A stretch of 64,000 nt of DNA from an uncultured Solirubrobacteraceae bacterium (lineage in GTDB: Bacteria; Actinomycetota; Thermoleophilia; Solirubrobacterales; Solirubrobacteraceae): assembly GCA_963743745.1 (NCBI GenBank), contig CAVUQW010000001.1:112827-176826 (forward strand), in the 5' to 3' direction. Positions 32,427 through 43,473 of this stretch are shown here, piece by piece (position 1 is the first letter of the stretch; every line of letters begins with the position of its first letter). Below the pieces are notes generated by a model. The model had not been told where the DNA came from. It saw only the letters and a program-made list of their open reading frames with translations, and did not search any database. The position numbers were made by a program, and so were the translations under genes.

Positions 32427-32880
32427 CGATCCGCTCCAAGCCGTCGAGCGCCTCGTCGAGCGTCTTGAGTGCCGCGCGGCTGACCATGAAACCGCCGAAG
32501 CGCGGGAAGAAGCCGGTCAGCCGCTGGTGCAGCTCGATCGTCACGCGCGTGCCTGCCGGCGCCGGCCCGGAGCCCCCGTCGGCCGGCTCGAGCTTCACGC
32601 GCGTGCGCGCCTCGCTGAGCAATCGTGCGAACGGGGTCCCCTCGAGCTGCTGCTCCCACGTGACCGAGTGCTCCGTCTCGTCGCTCTGCAGCACGCGGAA
32701 GTCGGCGCGCACGAGTTTGCCCTTAGCCGTGCGCATCACCTCGGTGAAGGCCTCACCGTCGACGTCCTCGACGCGATCCACGCGCGGCCACCACCGCGGC
32801 AGGTGGTGCGGATCGCCGATCAGCTCCCACAGCTCGGCCACGGGCAATGCGATCGTGCGGCTGCGGATTGCGCTCGGCAC
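32419..32880 (-). CDS. SRPBCC family protein
   Basis: LWE.I.DPHHLPRWWP. Confidence 0.8.
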
Positions 32881-32910
32881 GGGCTTGCTGGCTCTCCGGC
32901 GCCGCCCGGC

Positions 32911-33475
32911 CTAGGCGTCGTAGCTCAAGCAGGGAATGCGTCGCGTGCGGCGCCAGGCGCGCGCGACCGTCGAGGAACGCCAGCTCGACGAGGAAGCCGC
33001 AGCCGACGACCTCGCCGCCGAGCGCCTCGACCAGCTCGCACAGCGCCAGCGCCGTGCCGCCCGTCGCGAGCAGGTCGTCGTGCACGAGCACGCGGCGACC
33101 GTTCTGGACCGCGTCGGTGTGCAGCTCGAGCTGGTTCGTTCCGTACTCCAGTTCGTACTCGGCGCTGATCGTCTCGTAGGGCAGCTTGCCCGGCTTGCGC
33201 GCGAGCACGAAGCCCGCGCCGAGCTCGAGCGCGAGCGCCGGGCCGAGCAGGAAGCCGCGCGCCTCGGCCGCGATCACGCAGTCGACCTCCAGCGGGCGCG
33301 CGAGCTCGGCCAGCGCGCGCACGGCCTCCGCGAGCGAGCTCGCGTCGGCCAGCAGCGGCGTGATGTCCTTGAAGTTGATCCCGCCGCGCGGGAAGTCGGG
33401 GATCTCGCGGATCAGGCGCCGCATGTCCTGCGCGAGCTCCGCGCCGGGCGTAGCGCCTGCCCGCTCGGCCGCCAT
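32911..33475 (-). CDS. apt: Adenine phosphoribosyltransferase (indel near the C-terminus)
   Basis: PDFP..G..FKDIT, EARGF, RKPGKLP, DDLLATGGT. Confidence 0.95.
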
Positions 33476-34296
33476 CAGCGGACGATCTTGCGCAGGTCGC
33501 GCACGAGCAGCAGGTGCTTCAGGTGCGTCGCCACGGCCGCCAGGTTCTCGAGCGCCTCGACCGCCTCCTTGCGCCGCTCCGGGTTGCGCGAGCGCAGCGC
33601 CGGCGCGAGGATCTGCTGCAGCAGGTTCGCCTCGCGGTCGGCCGAGGAGCGGAACACGCGCAGGTTGCGCCCGCCGACCCCGTAGCGCGCGAGCTCGGCG
33701 ACCGCCGCGACGATCTCGCGCTCGGTCTCGTCGAAGTAGCGCACGCCGCCGCGCAGCTCGCCCTTGACGACGCCGTACTCTTCCAGCTCGCGCACGAGCT
33801 TCTCCTCGGCGTGGGTGTCCTCGAGCACGTCCTCGAGCGAGTACAGCGCACCGCTCGCCTCGCGCACGCTGACGCTCGGCCGCAGCGCGCGCATGCCCTC
33901 GCGCGCGACCCTTCCCGGAGCGGGCGCCGGCTCTCCCTCCGAGCGCCCCGCTGCGAGCTCCTGGCGAATCACCCGCAGGGGCAGGAACTCGTCGCGCTGC
34001 ATGCGCAGGATCGTGCGCAACCGCGCCACGTCGCCCTGGCCGTAGAGCCGGTAGCCGCCCGGCGTGCGCCGCGGCGTCAGCAGCTTCTGGTCCTCCAGGT
34101 AGCGGATCTTCGAGATCGAGATGTCCGGGAACTCCTGCAAGAGCGCCTTGCAGACGGCGCCGATCGTCAGCGACTTCTGTCGCGCCGCGCCCTCCCCCTC
34201 ACCGTCGTGCGCCGCACGGGCGCGCGAGCCCGTGGCTGCGCCCGTCTCGCGCTCGAGCTCCTCTACGTCGACCTGTGGCGCACGCGTGCCTGGCAT
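33475..34296 (-). CDS. MerR-family regulator (FtsR/Rv1828-like)
   Basis: IG.V...L..EFPDISISKIRYLE, RTPGGYR.Y, QRDEFLPL.VI. Confidence 0.88.
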   Translation of the reverse strand: MPGTRAPQVDVEELERETGAATGSRARAAHDGEGEGAARQKSLTIGAVCKALLQEFPDISISKIRYLEDQKLLTPRRTPGGYRLYGQGDVARLRTILRMQRDEFLPLRVIRQELAAGRSEGEPAPAPGRVAREGMRALRPSVSVREASGALYSLEDVLEDTHAEEKLVRELEEYGVVKGELRGGVRYFDETEREIVAAVAELARYGVGGRNLRVFRSSADREANLLQQILAPALRSRNPERRKEAVEALENLAAVATHLKHLLLVRDLRKIVR

Positions 34297-34763
34297 CAGC
34301 GCACGTGGAAGGTCAGCTTGTACTTGCCGATCTGCACCTCATCGCCCTCCTCCAGGCGCTGAGACTCGATCCGCGAGCGGTTCACGTAGGTCCCGTTGAG
34401 CGAGCCCATGTCGTCGAGGTACCACTGATCGCCGCGACGGATCAACAGCGCGTGGTCGCGCGAGACGGTGACGTCGTCGAGGAACACCTCCGCGTCGGGG
34501 CGGCGGCCGATGCTCGTGCGCTCGCGGTCGACCGCGAAGCTCTCGCCCACACGACCCCCGCCCGCGCGGATCACGAGCGCCGGGCCGCGCGCCGTGACCT
34601 GCTCGATCTCGACCGGGACCAGCTCGCCGTCGTCGTCGATCCGGTAGGTCGCCGTGACCGGCTCGCCCGCCTCCTGCGCGCGCTCCAGCAGCGCGCCGCA
34701 GCGCTGGCAGTAGTTGGCGCCCTCGGCGTTGAGGAAGCCGCACTCCGTGCAATGCAGGGCCAT
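34296..34763 (-). CDS. Zinc-ribbon + FHA domain protein (GarA/OdhI-like)
   Basis: CxxC..CxxC, GR.P...FLDDVTVSR.HA, GSLNGTYVN, QIGKYKL. Confidence 0.9.
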   Translation of the reverse strand: MALHCTECGFLNAEGANYCQRCGALLERAQEAGEPVTATYRIDDDGELVPVEIEQVTARGPALVIRAGGGRVGESFAVDRERTSIGRRPDAEVFLDDVTVSRDHALLIRRGDQWYLDDMGSLNGTYVNRSRIESQRLEEGDEVQIGKYKLTFHVR

Positions 34764-34830
34764 CCGGCCGCTCCGCGCTAGGCCTGCGCCCGCGGGCGCG
34801 CCGTCTGCGAAGGCGCGAGGCTCGCCAGGC

Positions 34831-35100
34831 TCATCCGGCGGCGTCCTCGGAGCCTGAGTCGGGCTGGCGATGGGCGAGGATGTCGGTCAGCTGCTGCACG
34901 TCGTCGCCCGTGATCAGCACCTCGCCGCCCTCGTGCTTCTTGCGCAGGCGGTTGACCAGCTCGGCGCGCAGGATGTCGATCTTGCCGTGCAAGATGCGCC
35001 GCTTGTAGGAGACCTCGGTCTCTTCCTCGGTCAGCTGACGGATGACGTCTTTCAGTTCGACATCCGTGAGCGAGCCAAGATCGGGAAACGTCTCGTCCAT
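34831..35100 (-). CDS. rsiG: Single-motif RsiG-family c-di-GMP-binding anti-sigma factor
   Basis: ETEVSYKRRILHGKID fits E(X)3S(X)2R(X)3[Q/H](X)3D; coiled-coil; GAGGAG RBS. Confidence 0.8.
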   Translation of the reverse strand: MDETFPDLGSLTDVELKDVIRQLTEEETEVSYKRRILHGKIDILRAELVNRLRKKHEGGEVLITGDDVQQLTDILAHRQPDSGSEDAAG

Positions 35101-35204
35101 CGGGGGCTCTCTCCTCGTGCGGGCTTGGGCCGGCCCTCACGAGAGCGTCCGTGCGGCCAGCAGGAGCGCCGAGTATAGACCAAAAGGTCAGGCTGAGCTT
35201 GAGG

Positions 35205-35921
35205 CTAGGAGACCCCCGCGGAGCCGCCCGCAGCGTGCTTGGCGGCGCGCGTTTCAGCCAGGCCCGTGCGCAGGTACAGCGCCGTCGCGATCAGCGCCAG
35301 CGCGAGCCCCACGTAGAGCATCACCTCGCCCGCTTTGCCGAGTCCGACCATCGCGAAGAAGAACGAGCCCATCACCGGCGCCACCGCGAGGCGCCCCGGC
35401 CAGTTGATGCGCAGCTCGACGCCGTGGCGCAGGCCGTAGCGCCCGAGCACGAGCATCGCCAGCTCGCGCGCCGCGAGCACCGCCAGCGCCCAGCGCGGCA
35501 GCAGATCGAAGCGCCAGCAGACGACCGCGCCCGAGACGACCAGCAGGCGGTCGGTGACCGGGTCCATCAGCGCACCCAGGCGGCTGTACTGGCGGGTCAC
35601 GCGCGCCGCGATCCCGTCCGCGTAGTCGCCCCAGCCGATCAGCGCGAACAGGGTCGCCGCCAGCGCATCCACGCCGTCCTCGCTCGACAGCGCCACGATC
35701 AGGAAGACCGGGATCAGCGCCAGGCGCGTGAAGCCGATCGCGTTGGGGATCGTCCACGGCCGCAGCGGGCTGCCGCTCTGCGTCGCCGCCGGCGGCGGTC
35801 CCGAGCGATCGAGGCCCGACAGGCGCGCGAACGTGAGCCGGCCGCGTCGTTTGGGCGCGTCGCCCGGGTTGGGCCCGGATCCGGCGCCTCGCCCTCCGTC
35901 CCCTACGGGAGGCTCTGCCAC
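35205..35921 (-). CDS. CDP-alcohol phosphatidyltransferase (PgsA2-like)
   Basis: WTIPN, D.ADG..AR, G.LMDP..D. Confidence 0.9.
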   Translation of the reverse strand: MAEPPVGDGGRGAGSGPNPGDAPKRRGRLTFARLSGLDRSGPPPAATQSGSPLRPWTIPNAIGFTRLALIPVFLIVALSSEDGVDALAATLFALIGWGDYADGIAARVTRQYSRLGALMDPVTDRLLVVSGAVVCWRFDLLPRWALAVLAARELAMLVLGRYGLRHGVELRINWPGRLAVAPVMGSFFFAMVGLGKAGEVMLYVGLALALIATALYLRTGLAETRAAKHAAGGSAGVS

Positions 35922-37189
35922 AGCTCGTCCACCGCGCGCAGCAGCTCCTGCGGCTCGCCCGCCAGCGGCAGGCCGGGCGCCTCCTTGCGACCGCGACGCA
36001 GCTGCACCTCGATCTCCCCCGACTCGAGCGAACGGCGCCCGACGGTCAGCCGCAGCGGGCAGCCGAGCAGCTCGGCGTCGGCGAACTTCTCCCCCGGGCC
36101 GAGCTCGCGGTCGTCGTAGAGCACCTCCACGCCGCCGTCGCGCAACGTCTCATAGACCCCGTCCGCGGCGCCGCGCTCGTCCGTGCCGGGCTTACCCAAG
36201 GCGACGAGGTGCACCGCGAACGGCGCCAGCGCGCGCGGCCAGGAGATGCCGTGCTCGTCGGCGAACTGCTCGACCGCGGCCGCCACGATCCGCGCCGGGC
36301 CGATCCCGTAGGAGCCCATCCAGATCAGCTGCTCGCTGCCGTGCTCGTCCAGGTAGGTCGCGCCGAGCGGCTCGGAGTAGCGCGTGCCGAGCTTGAAGAT
36401 GTTGCCGATCTCGATCGCCGGCTCGATCCGCAGCGGCTCTCCGTCGAGCGTGTAGCCGTCACCGTCCTTGGCGACGCGCGGATCGTTCAGCGCCACCTCG
36501 ACGTTCGCCGCGTAGCCGTCGGCCAGCGCCACCTCGTCCTCGCCGGCCGCGCATGGCGCCATGTACTCGTGTGCGCCGTGGCCGCCCATCATGCCGACGT
36601 CCGACTCCACGCGATGCCAGCGCAGGCCCGTGCGGTCCATGATCCGGTCATAGGCGCCGACGTGCAGCTGATAGCGCTCGTCGAGGCCGGCTCGGTCGCG
36701 GTCGAAGGTGTAGGAGTCCTTCATGATGAACTCGCGCGTGCGCAGCACGCCGGCTCGCGGGCGAGCCTCGTCTCGCTCCTTGACCTGGAAGTGGTAGAGG
36801 ATCAGCGGCAGGTCGCGGTAGGAGCGCACGAGCTGCGCGACGTGGAACGTGACCGCCTCCTCGTGCGTGAGCGCCAGCACGAGCTCCGAGCCCTTGCGGT
36901 CGGAGAGCTTGAACAGCTCCTCGATCTCCAGGCGACCCGTCTTGCGCCACAGCTCGGCCGGCTGCAGCACGGGCATCAGCATCTCCTGGCCGCCGATCGC
37001 GTCGATCTCCTCGCGCACGATCTGCACGACCCGCTCGTGCACGCGCCAGCCGGCCGGCAGCCACGTCCACATGCCGGCACCGACCTGGCGCACGAGCCCG
37101 GCGCGCACCATCAGCTTGTGCGAGATCGACTCCGCATCGGCCGGCGGCTGCTTCTCGGTGGGCAGGAGGTATTCGGAAAGGCGCGTCAT
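35903..37189 (-). CDS. proS: Proline--tRNA ligase (no INS editing domain)
   Basis: SHKLM.RAG, THEE, RDE.RPR.G.LR.REF.MKD.Y, G.IFKLGT.YS, MGSYGIG. Confidence 0.96.
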   Translation of the reverse strand: MTRLSEYLLPTEKQPPADAESISHKLMVRAGLVRQVGAGMWTWLPAGWRVHERVVQIVREEIDAIGGQEMLMPVLQPAELWRKTGRLEIEELFKLSDRKGSELVLALTHEEAVTFHVAQLVRSYRDLPLILYHFQVKERDEARPRAGVLRTREFIMKDSYTFDRDRAGLDERYQLHVGAYDRIMDRTGLRWHRVESDVGMMGGHGAHEYMAPCAAGEDEVALADGYAANVEVALNDPRVAKDGDGYTLDGEPLRIEPAIEIGNIFKLGTRYSEPLGATYLDEHGSEQLIWMGSYGIGPARIVAAAVEQFADEHGISWPRALAPFAVHLVALGKPGTDERGAADGVYETLRDGGVEVLYDDRELGPGEKFADAELLGCPLRLTVGRRSLESGEIEVQLRRGRKEAPGLPLAGEPQELLRAVDELWQSLP

Positions 37190-37226
37190 CGCTCGATCGT
37201 GGCCTACGCGCGCCACGGAGCGTCGA

Positions 37227-37408
37227 GCGTATACGCCAGCCCGTACACGCGGCCTCCCGGCCCGGCCACCATGCCGGCTGGTCGAACCGGGAGTCGGCCT
37301 CGCTATGTCGGCTCAACGAGGGGGATCGGTGCGAGCCGGCGAAACCGTGCGCCAGAGGCGCCACCACGCGGTCTACGCATATTAGACACGCTCCTCTACA
37401 AGTCTCAA
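37227..37408 (-). ncRNA. Candidate structured RNA with promoter, upstream of proS (family not recognised)
   Basis: TTGAGA-N18-TAATAT followed by four hairpins; G-U pairs favour the minus strand. Confidence 0.5.
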
Positions 37409-37464
37409 AGGGCGTTTACCACCCATCTGCCCCACTAACCTGCCGCCCACCAGCGCGCCGTCGC

Positions 37465-38049
37465 TCAGGCCCCCAGCAGCGCCGCCTCGATCTCGCGCAG
37501 GCGATCGGTGTCGCCGCGGATGCCGACGATCGCGTCGTTGTAGAGGAACGCCTCGCCCAGGCGCACCACCGCGTAGGCGAGCACGTTCGGCTCGATCTTC
37601 GGAGCGAAGCGCCCCGATTCGACCTCGGCCTCGATCATCCGCTGCACCGTCGCCACCACGCGCGGCTGCGCGATGCCGCCGCTCGAGGTGAGGATGCGCA
37701 GCGCGCGCTCCTGCTCTTGCGCCAGAAACGCGCGCATGCCCTCGAGCGCCGCCAGCTCGCGATTGAACTGATCGAAGGTCGAGAGCAGAGCGCGGGCGCC
37801 GTTGCCCGAGGTCTCTGCGCGGATCTGCAGCAGCCGCTGTTCGCCCATCGTCCCCAGCAGCTCGCCGAGCAGCGCCTCGCGCGTGAGAAACCAGCGGTGC
37901 ATCGTCGCCCGCGCCAGCCCCAGCTCACGTGCGATCGCCTGCACGTCGACCCGTTCGCACTTCAAGAATCGCTTCGTCGCCAGCGCCAGCGCCGCCTCTC
38001 GCGTCGCCGCCGCCGGCCGTCCCGGCCGCCCAGTTGCCACCCGCGCCAT
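37465..38049 (-). CDS. QsdR/TetR-family regulator
   Basis: ERVD...A.ELGL.RAT..RWF..REALLGE, E.ALRILTS. Confidence 0.85.
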   Translation of the reverse strand: MARVATGRPGRPAAATREAALALATKRFLKCERVDVQAIARELGLARATMHRWFLTREALLGELLGTMGEQRLLQIRAETSGNGARALLSTFDQFNRELAALEGMRAFLAQEQERALRILTSSGGIAQPRVVATVQRMIEAEVESGRFAPKIEPNVLAYAVVRLGEAFLYNDAIVGIRGDTDRLREIEAALLGA

Positions 38050-38130
38050 CGCTTGAGGTTATCCGCAAGGCCTCTGATAGAACAGCGATCACGACCGAAC
38101 TCGACGGAAACCCGACAAGGAGTCCCCGAC

Positions 38131-38733
<603 letters not shown>

Positions 38734-38750
38734 GCCACTCCGGCGCCTGA

Positions 38751-38782
38751 CGGGTGCGGGCCGCGCGCACGGCTCGCACCCG
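38751..38782 (+). terminator. Stem-loop after sodA
   Basis: CGGGTGCGGGCCG-N6-CGGCTCGCACCCG. Confidence 0.55.
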
Positions 38783-38879
38783 ACGACGGTCGGTCGGTCG
38801 CTCCTGCCGCGTCGCATCTCACTTGCGCTTCACGCCGCCCTTAGCAACGCTTTCTGAAAGCGCGCTTTCGTGGAGGAGC

Positions 38880-40350
38880 ATGACTGCAGACGGACATACG
38901 CTGACGCGCCGCCAGCTGCTGCGCTCGGCTGGTCTGGTGACGGCCGGACTCGCCGTCGGCGGCGTGCTCGACCGCACCGTCGCCAAATCGCTGTTCTCCT
39001 CGCCGAGCCCGCCGTCCACGCCCCATTGGATCACGCAGCCCGAGCTGCGCATTCCCGCGCTGACCGTGCTGCGCAGCGAGCGCGGCGTCTCGAGCGACCC
39101 GATCTTCATCGCCCCCTACAACGCGCCCGGTGGCCAGGCCGGCGCCGTGATCGCCGACAACAGCGGCGAGCCGATCTGGGAGAACCCGCTCGCCGGCAAG
39201 GTGACCACCAACTTCCGCGTGCAGCGCTACCGCGGCGAGCCGGTGCTGACGTGGTGGGAGGGATACATCGAGCTCGGGCACGGCGTCGGCGAATACGTGA
39301 TCGCCGACGCCGCCTACCGCACCGTGCGTCGCGTGCAGGCCTCGCGCGGCCTGCGCGGCGACCTGCACGAGTTCGTGATCACGCCGCGCGACACCGCGCT
39401 GCTGACCAGCTACGTCGTCACCAGGGCAGACCTGTCCGACTTCGGCGGCTCGCACGAGGGCACCGTGCAGGACGCGATCTTCCAGGAGATCGACCTCGCG
39501 AGCGGCGAGCTGCTGCTCGAGTGGCACAGCCTCGATCACGTCCCCTTCGCCGAGTCCTACGCCGGCGTGACCGCCGCTTGGGACTACTTCCACATCAACT
39601 CCGTCGACCTCGAGGAAGACGGCTCGCTGCTCGTCTCCTCGCGCAGCACGCACACGATCTACAAGATCGAACGCAGCGGCGCGATCGCCTGGCGCCTCGG
39701 CGGCAGGCACAGCGACTTCCGCATGGCCGCCGGCAGCGCCTTCGCCTGGCAGCACGACGTGCGCCGCCAGCCCGACGGGACGCTGAGCGTGTTCGACAAC
39801 GGCGCCACTCCCGCCGTCGAGAAGCTCTCGCGCGCGCTGATCCTCGACGTCGACGAGCAGGCGATGACGAGCAGCCTCGTCGACGAGTACACCCACCCGC
39901 GGATCCTCTCCGGCAGCCAGGGAAGCGTGCAGCTGCTGCCCAACGGCAACGTCTTCGTCGGCTGGGGCGAAGCGCCGCACGTCTCCGAGTTCGACCGCTC
40001 CGGGCGGATGCTGTTCGACGCCCTGCTCGGACGCAAGTACCAGTCCTACCGAGCCTTCCGCCTGCCGTGGAGCGGACGACCTGCAGAGGCGCCCGCGATC
40101 GCCGTGAGCGCCGGCGCCGGTGCCGGTGAGCGCACCGTTCACGCGAGCTGGAACGGCGCAACCGAGATCGAGCGCTGGCAGCTGCTCGCCGGCGAGTCCG
40201 CCGCCGCGCTCGCGCCCGTGTCGAGCATCCCCACGCAGGGCTTCGAGACATCCCTGCGCACCCGCGCCAAGGGTCCGTTCTTCGCCGTGCGCGCGCTCGA
40301 CGCCCGGCGGCGCCCCGCTCGGCCAGTCGGCCGTGGCGCTCGCGTCCTGA
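38880..40350 (+). CDS. Tat-exported arylsulfotransferase (ASST) family protein
   Basis: LTRRQLL Tat motif, DLHEF.IT, WDYFHINSV, WQHD, SQGS.Q.LPNGN, SYR; probable indel near the C-terminus. Confidence 0.88.
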
Positions 40351-40351
40351 G

Positions 40352-41692
40352 CTAGCGGTTGAAGCGGCGCCCTGCGACCGGCGAGACGGCCTCGTCCATC
40401 GCCGGCGCCTGAGCATCGCCGTTCGCCGCGCCGTTGCCCGCGGCGGCCGCCGCCGGCTCGACCGGGCCGTCGCCGACGAGCATCGACTCGAGCACCTCCG
40501 CCGCGCTCGCGTCGTTCTCCGCCGCCGCAGCTTCGAGCGCCGCGATCCGCTCCGGCGTCATCGCCGTCGCGTCCTCGTTCTCCTCCAGCCAGCGGCGCGC
40601 CTCCGCGGCCGCCGTCTCATCGCGCTGGACCGTCTTGCCCGCCGCGTAGTAGCGGTCGATCTCCTTGAACAGCTCGTCCACGAGCTGCTCCGTCGGCACC
40701 TTCTTCAGCGGCTCGCCCTTGGAGTAGATCATCCCCATGTCTTTGGCGCCCGTGATGCCGAAGTCCGCGTGGCGCGCCTCGCCGATGCCGTTGACCGCGC
40801 AGCCGAGCACCGAGACCTCGATCGGGTCCTCGTAGGCTTCCAGGCGCTGCTCGACTTCGATCACGACGCGGTCCATGTCGAACTGCAGCCGCCCGCAGGT
40901 CGGGCACGCGATCAGGTCCGGGCCGCGCTGGCGCAGCTTCAGCGCCTTGAGGATCTCCCACGCGACCTTGACCTCTTCCTCGGCGTGGAACGTCGACAGC
41001 GAGATGCGGATCGTGTCGCCGATCCCGTCCGCCAGCAGCGTGCCGAGGCCGACGGCCGACTTCAGCGAGCCCGACCACTTCGTGCCCGCCTCCGTCACGC
41101 CGAGGTGCAGCGGGTAGGGGATCCGCTCCGAGAGCAGCCTGTTCGAGGCGATCGTGTTCGGCACCGACGTCGACTTCATCGAGACCTTGAAGTTCTCGAA
41201 CTGCAGGCGCTCCATCAGCTCGACCGTCTCCGTCGCCGCCGTCACCAGCGCCTCGATCGGGTTCTCGTACTCCAGCTCGCGCAGGTGCTTCGGCAGCGAG
41301 CCCGAGTTGACGCCCACGCGCAGCGGCGTGCCGTGCTGCTTGGCCAGCGCGATCACCTCCGCCACCTTCTCCGGGCCGCCGATGTTGCCCGGGTTCAGGC
41401 GCACGCAGTGCGCGCCCGCTTCGATCGCCTTCAGCGCCAGCGTGTGGTTGAAGTGGATGTCCGCGATGATCGGGATCGGCGACTGCGCCACGATCGTCTT
41501 CAGCGCCTCGGCGTCCTGCTCGCGCGGGACCGCCACGCGCACGATGTCCGCGCCGGCCTCCGCCACCGTGCGGATCTGCTCCATCGTCGCCGGCAGGTTC
41601 GCCGTCTCCGTCTTCGTCATCGTCTGCACCGCGACCGGCGCGCCGCCGCCGATCGGCACCGGGCCCACGTGTATCTGGCGCTCTGAAGCCAT
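40352..41692 (-). CDS. ispG: HMBPP synthase
   Basis: VQTMT.T, ADIHF, R.NPGNI, GVNSGSL, CPTCGR, GC.VNG.GE. Confidence 0.96.
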   Translation of the reverse strand: MASERQIHVGPVPIGGGAPVAVQTMTKTETANLPATMEQIRTVAEAGADIVRVAVPREQDAEALKTIVAQSPIPIIADIHFNHTLALKAIEAGAHCVRLNPGNIGGPEKVAEVIALAKQHGTPLRVGVNSGSLPKHLRELEYENPIEALVTAATETVELMERLQFENFKVSMKSTSVPNTIASNRLLSERIPYPLHLGVTEAGTKWSGSLKSAVGLGTLLADGIGDTIRISLSTFHAEEEVKVAWEILKALKLRQRGPDLIACPTCGRLQFDMDRVVIEVEQRLEAYEDPIEVSVLGCAVNGIGEARHADFGITGAKDMGMIYSKGEPLKKVPTEQLVDELFKEIDRYYAAGKTVQRDETAAAEARRWLEENEDATAMTPERIAALEAAAAENDASAAEVLESMLVGDGPVEPAAAAAGNGAANGDAQAPAMDEAVSPVAGRRFNR

Positions 41693-41742
41693 GGCCCCAT
41701 TCTACGTAGGGTCCGGGCGAGCGCCCGGATAGCCTGCCAGCC

Positions 41743-42366
41743 ATGGCCGAATCGCGCGCCCCCGACGTCTATGGCACGGCGCGCGGGCCGCTCGCGCGCC
41801 TTGCCTCCCCCTCGCCGCCCGCGCCCGCGCGCGCCGCCACGCCCAGTTCTTCGCGCTGACCGGGCTGCAGCCGGGAGCCCGCGTGCTCGACCTCGGCTGC
41901 GGGCGGATCGGCCTGCGCGCGCTCGAGCCCCAGCTCGACATCACCGGCGTCGACCTGCAGCCGCGGCCCGACTACCCTGGCCCTTTCGTGCAGGCCGATG
42001 CCGCCGACCGGCTGCCCTTCGCCGACGGCCAGTTCGACCTCGTCTACTGCTCCAGCGTGATCGAGCACGTGCCGCCCGCGCGGCGCGCGGCCTTCGCCGC
42101 CGAGCTGCGGCGCGTCGGGCGCGGCTTCTACGTGCAGACCCCCGCCTTCTCCTTCCCGATCGAGCCGCACGCGCTGCTGCCCTTCGCGCACTGGCTGCCC
42201 GTCGCGCCTGCGCAAGCCCTACTGGCGCCTCGGCGCCGCCGGTCAGTGGGAGCAGATCTCGCTGCTGCGTCGGGGCGAGATGGAGCGTCTGTTCGGGGTG
42301 CCCGCGCTGTCCGAGCGCCTCGGGCCGCTCGTCAAGAGCTGGGTCTGCGTGCGGCCGGCCGGCTAA
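41743..42366 (+). CDS. Class I SAM methyltransferase (indels)
   Basis: VLDLGCG, LPFADGQFDLV...SVIEHV, VQTP..FPIEPH. Confidence 0.8.
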
Positions 42367-43473
42367 CCGCCGAGGCGCGCCGATGTCGTTGCCCACGCCG
42401 TTGATCACGAGGAACAGCAGCAGCACGATCCCGACCGAGCTGTAGCGGTACATCGCCATCAGCGAGATGCGCTTGCCGCGAACCTTCTCGGCCACCGACC
42501 ACAGCACGTGGCCGCCGTCGAGCGGCAGGAACGGGAACAGGTTGATCACCGCCAGCACCAGCGAGATGTAGCCGAGGAAGACGAGCGCCTTGCCCGGCCC
42601 CGCCACGACCGTTTCGTGCGCCGCCCTCGTGATGCCCACGATGCTGCTCACTTCCTTGCGCGTCTTCGAGCTCGTCAGCGCTTTGAAGAAGCCAGTCAGC
42701 GTGCTCGTCGTCGCGTGCCACATCGCACCCACCGACGCACCCGCCGCGCCGAGCGCGCCGAACGACTTCGCCCCCGCCGCGAACTCGACGCCGATCAGCA
42801 TCCGCCCCGCTTCCTTGCTGTAGCGCGGGTAGATCGAGACGTGCGTCGTCTTCGAGCCGCGGCGCACAGTCAGCACCGCCGGCGTGCTCGCGCGGCAGCC
42901 CTCGACCGCCACGCCCGCGCAGCGATGCGCGTCGATCCGGCTACGCGCCCCCGCTTCCGAGACCGCCGCGCCGTCGACCGCCACGATCCGGTCGCCCGCG
43001 CGCAGCACCTTCGTCGCCGGCTCGCCGCTCTGCACGAGCGCGACCTTCGACGTCTGGTGCACCGCTTCCGTCGCCGGGTCGAGGTTGTAAAGCACCGTCG
43101 CCCCCGTGAGGCTGCCCGAGAGCAGCACCGCCCAGAACAGCACGAACGCGATCACCAGGTTCACGCCCGGCCCCGCCACGATCACCGCGATCCGCTTCCA
43201 CGGCGGCTGGCTGTAGTAGGCGCGGCGCGTCGCCTCCGGGTCGAGGTCCTCGAGCTCTTCCGGGTTCATCCCCGTGATCTTCACGTAGCCGCCCGCCGGG
43301 ATCGCGCCGATCGCGTACTCCGTCTCGCCGCGTTTGATCCGCGCGATCGTCGGCGGGAAGAACAGCGAGAAGCGCTCCACGCGCATGCCCACGAGCTTCG
43401 CCACCGTGAAGTGGCCGAGCTCGTGCAGCACGATCAGCGCGATGATTCCGAGGATCGTCAGGACCCAGCTCAT
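42363..43473 (-). CDS. rseP: Site-2 (M50) metalloprotease, RseP/Rip1
   Basis: HELGH, GGYVKI.GM, PDZ-like region, NL.P..PLDGG; lies between dxr and ispG. Confidence 0.92.

Noticed and set aside
37190-37440. T-box riboswitch, HDV-like ribozyme or leader peptide upstream of proS
   Set aside because: There is no GGTGGNACC T-box in the transcribed part; the GCCGGCATGGT match to HDV is short and lacks the rest of the fold; the 25-aa ORF starts inside the -10 element.
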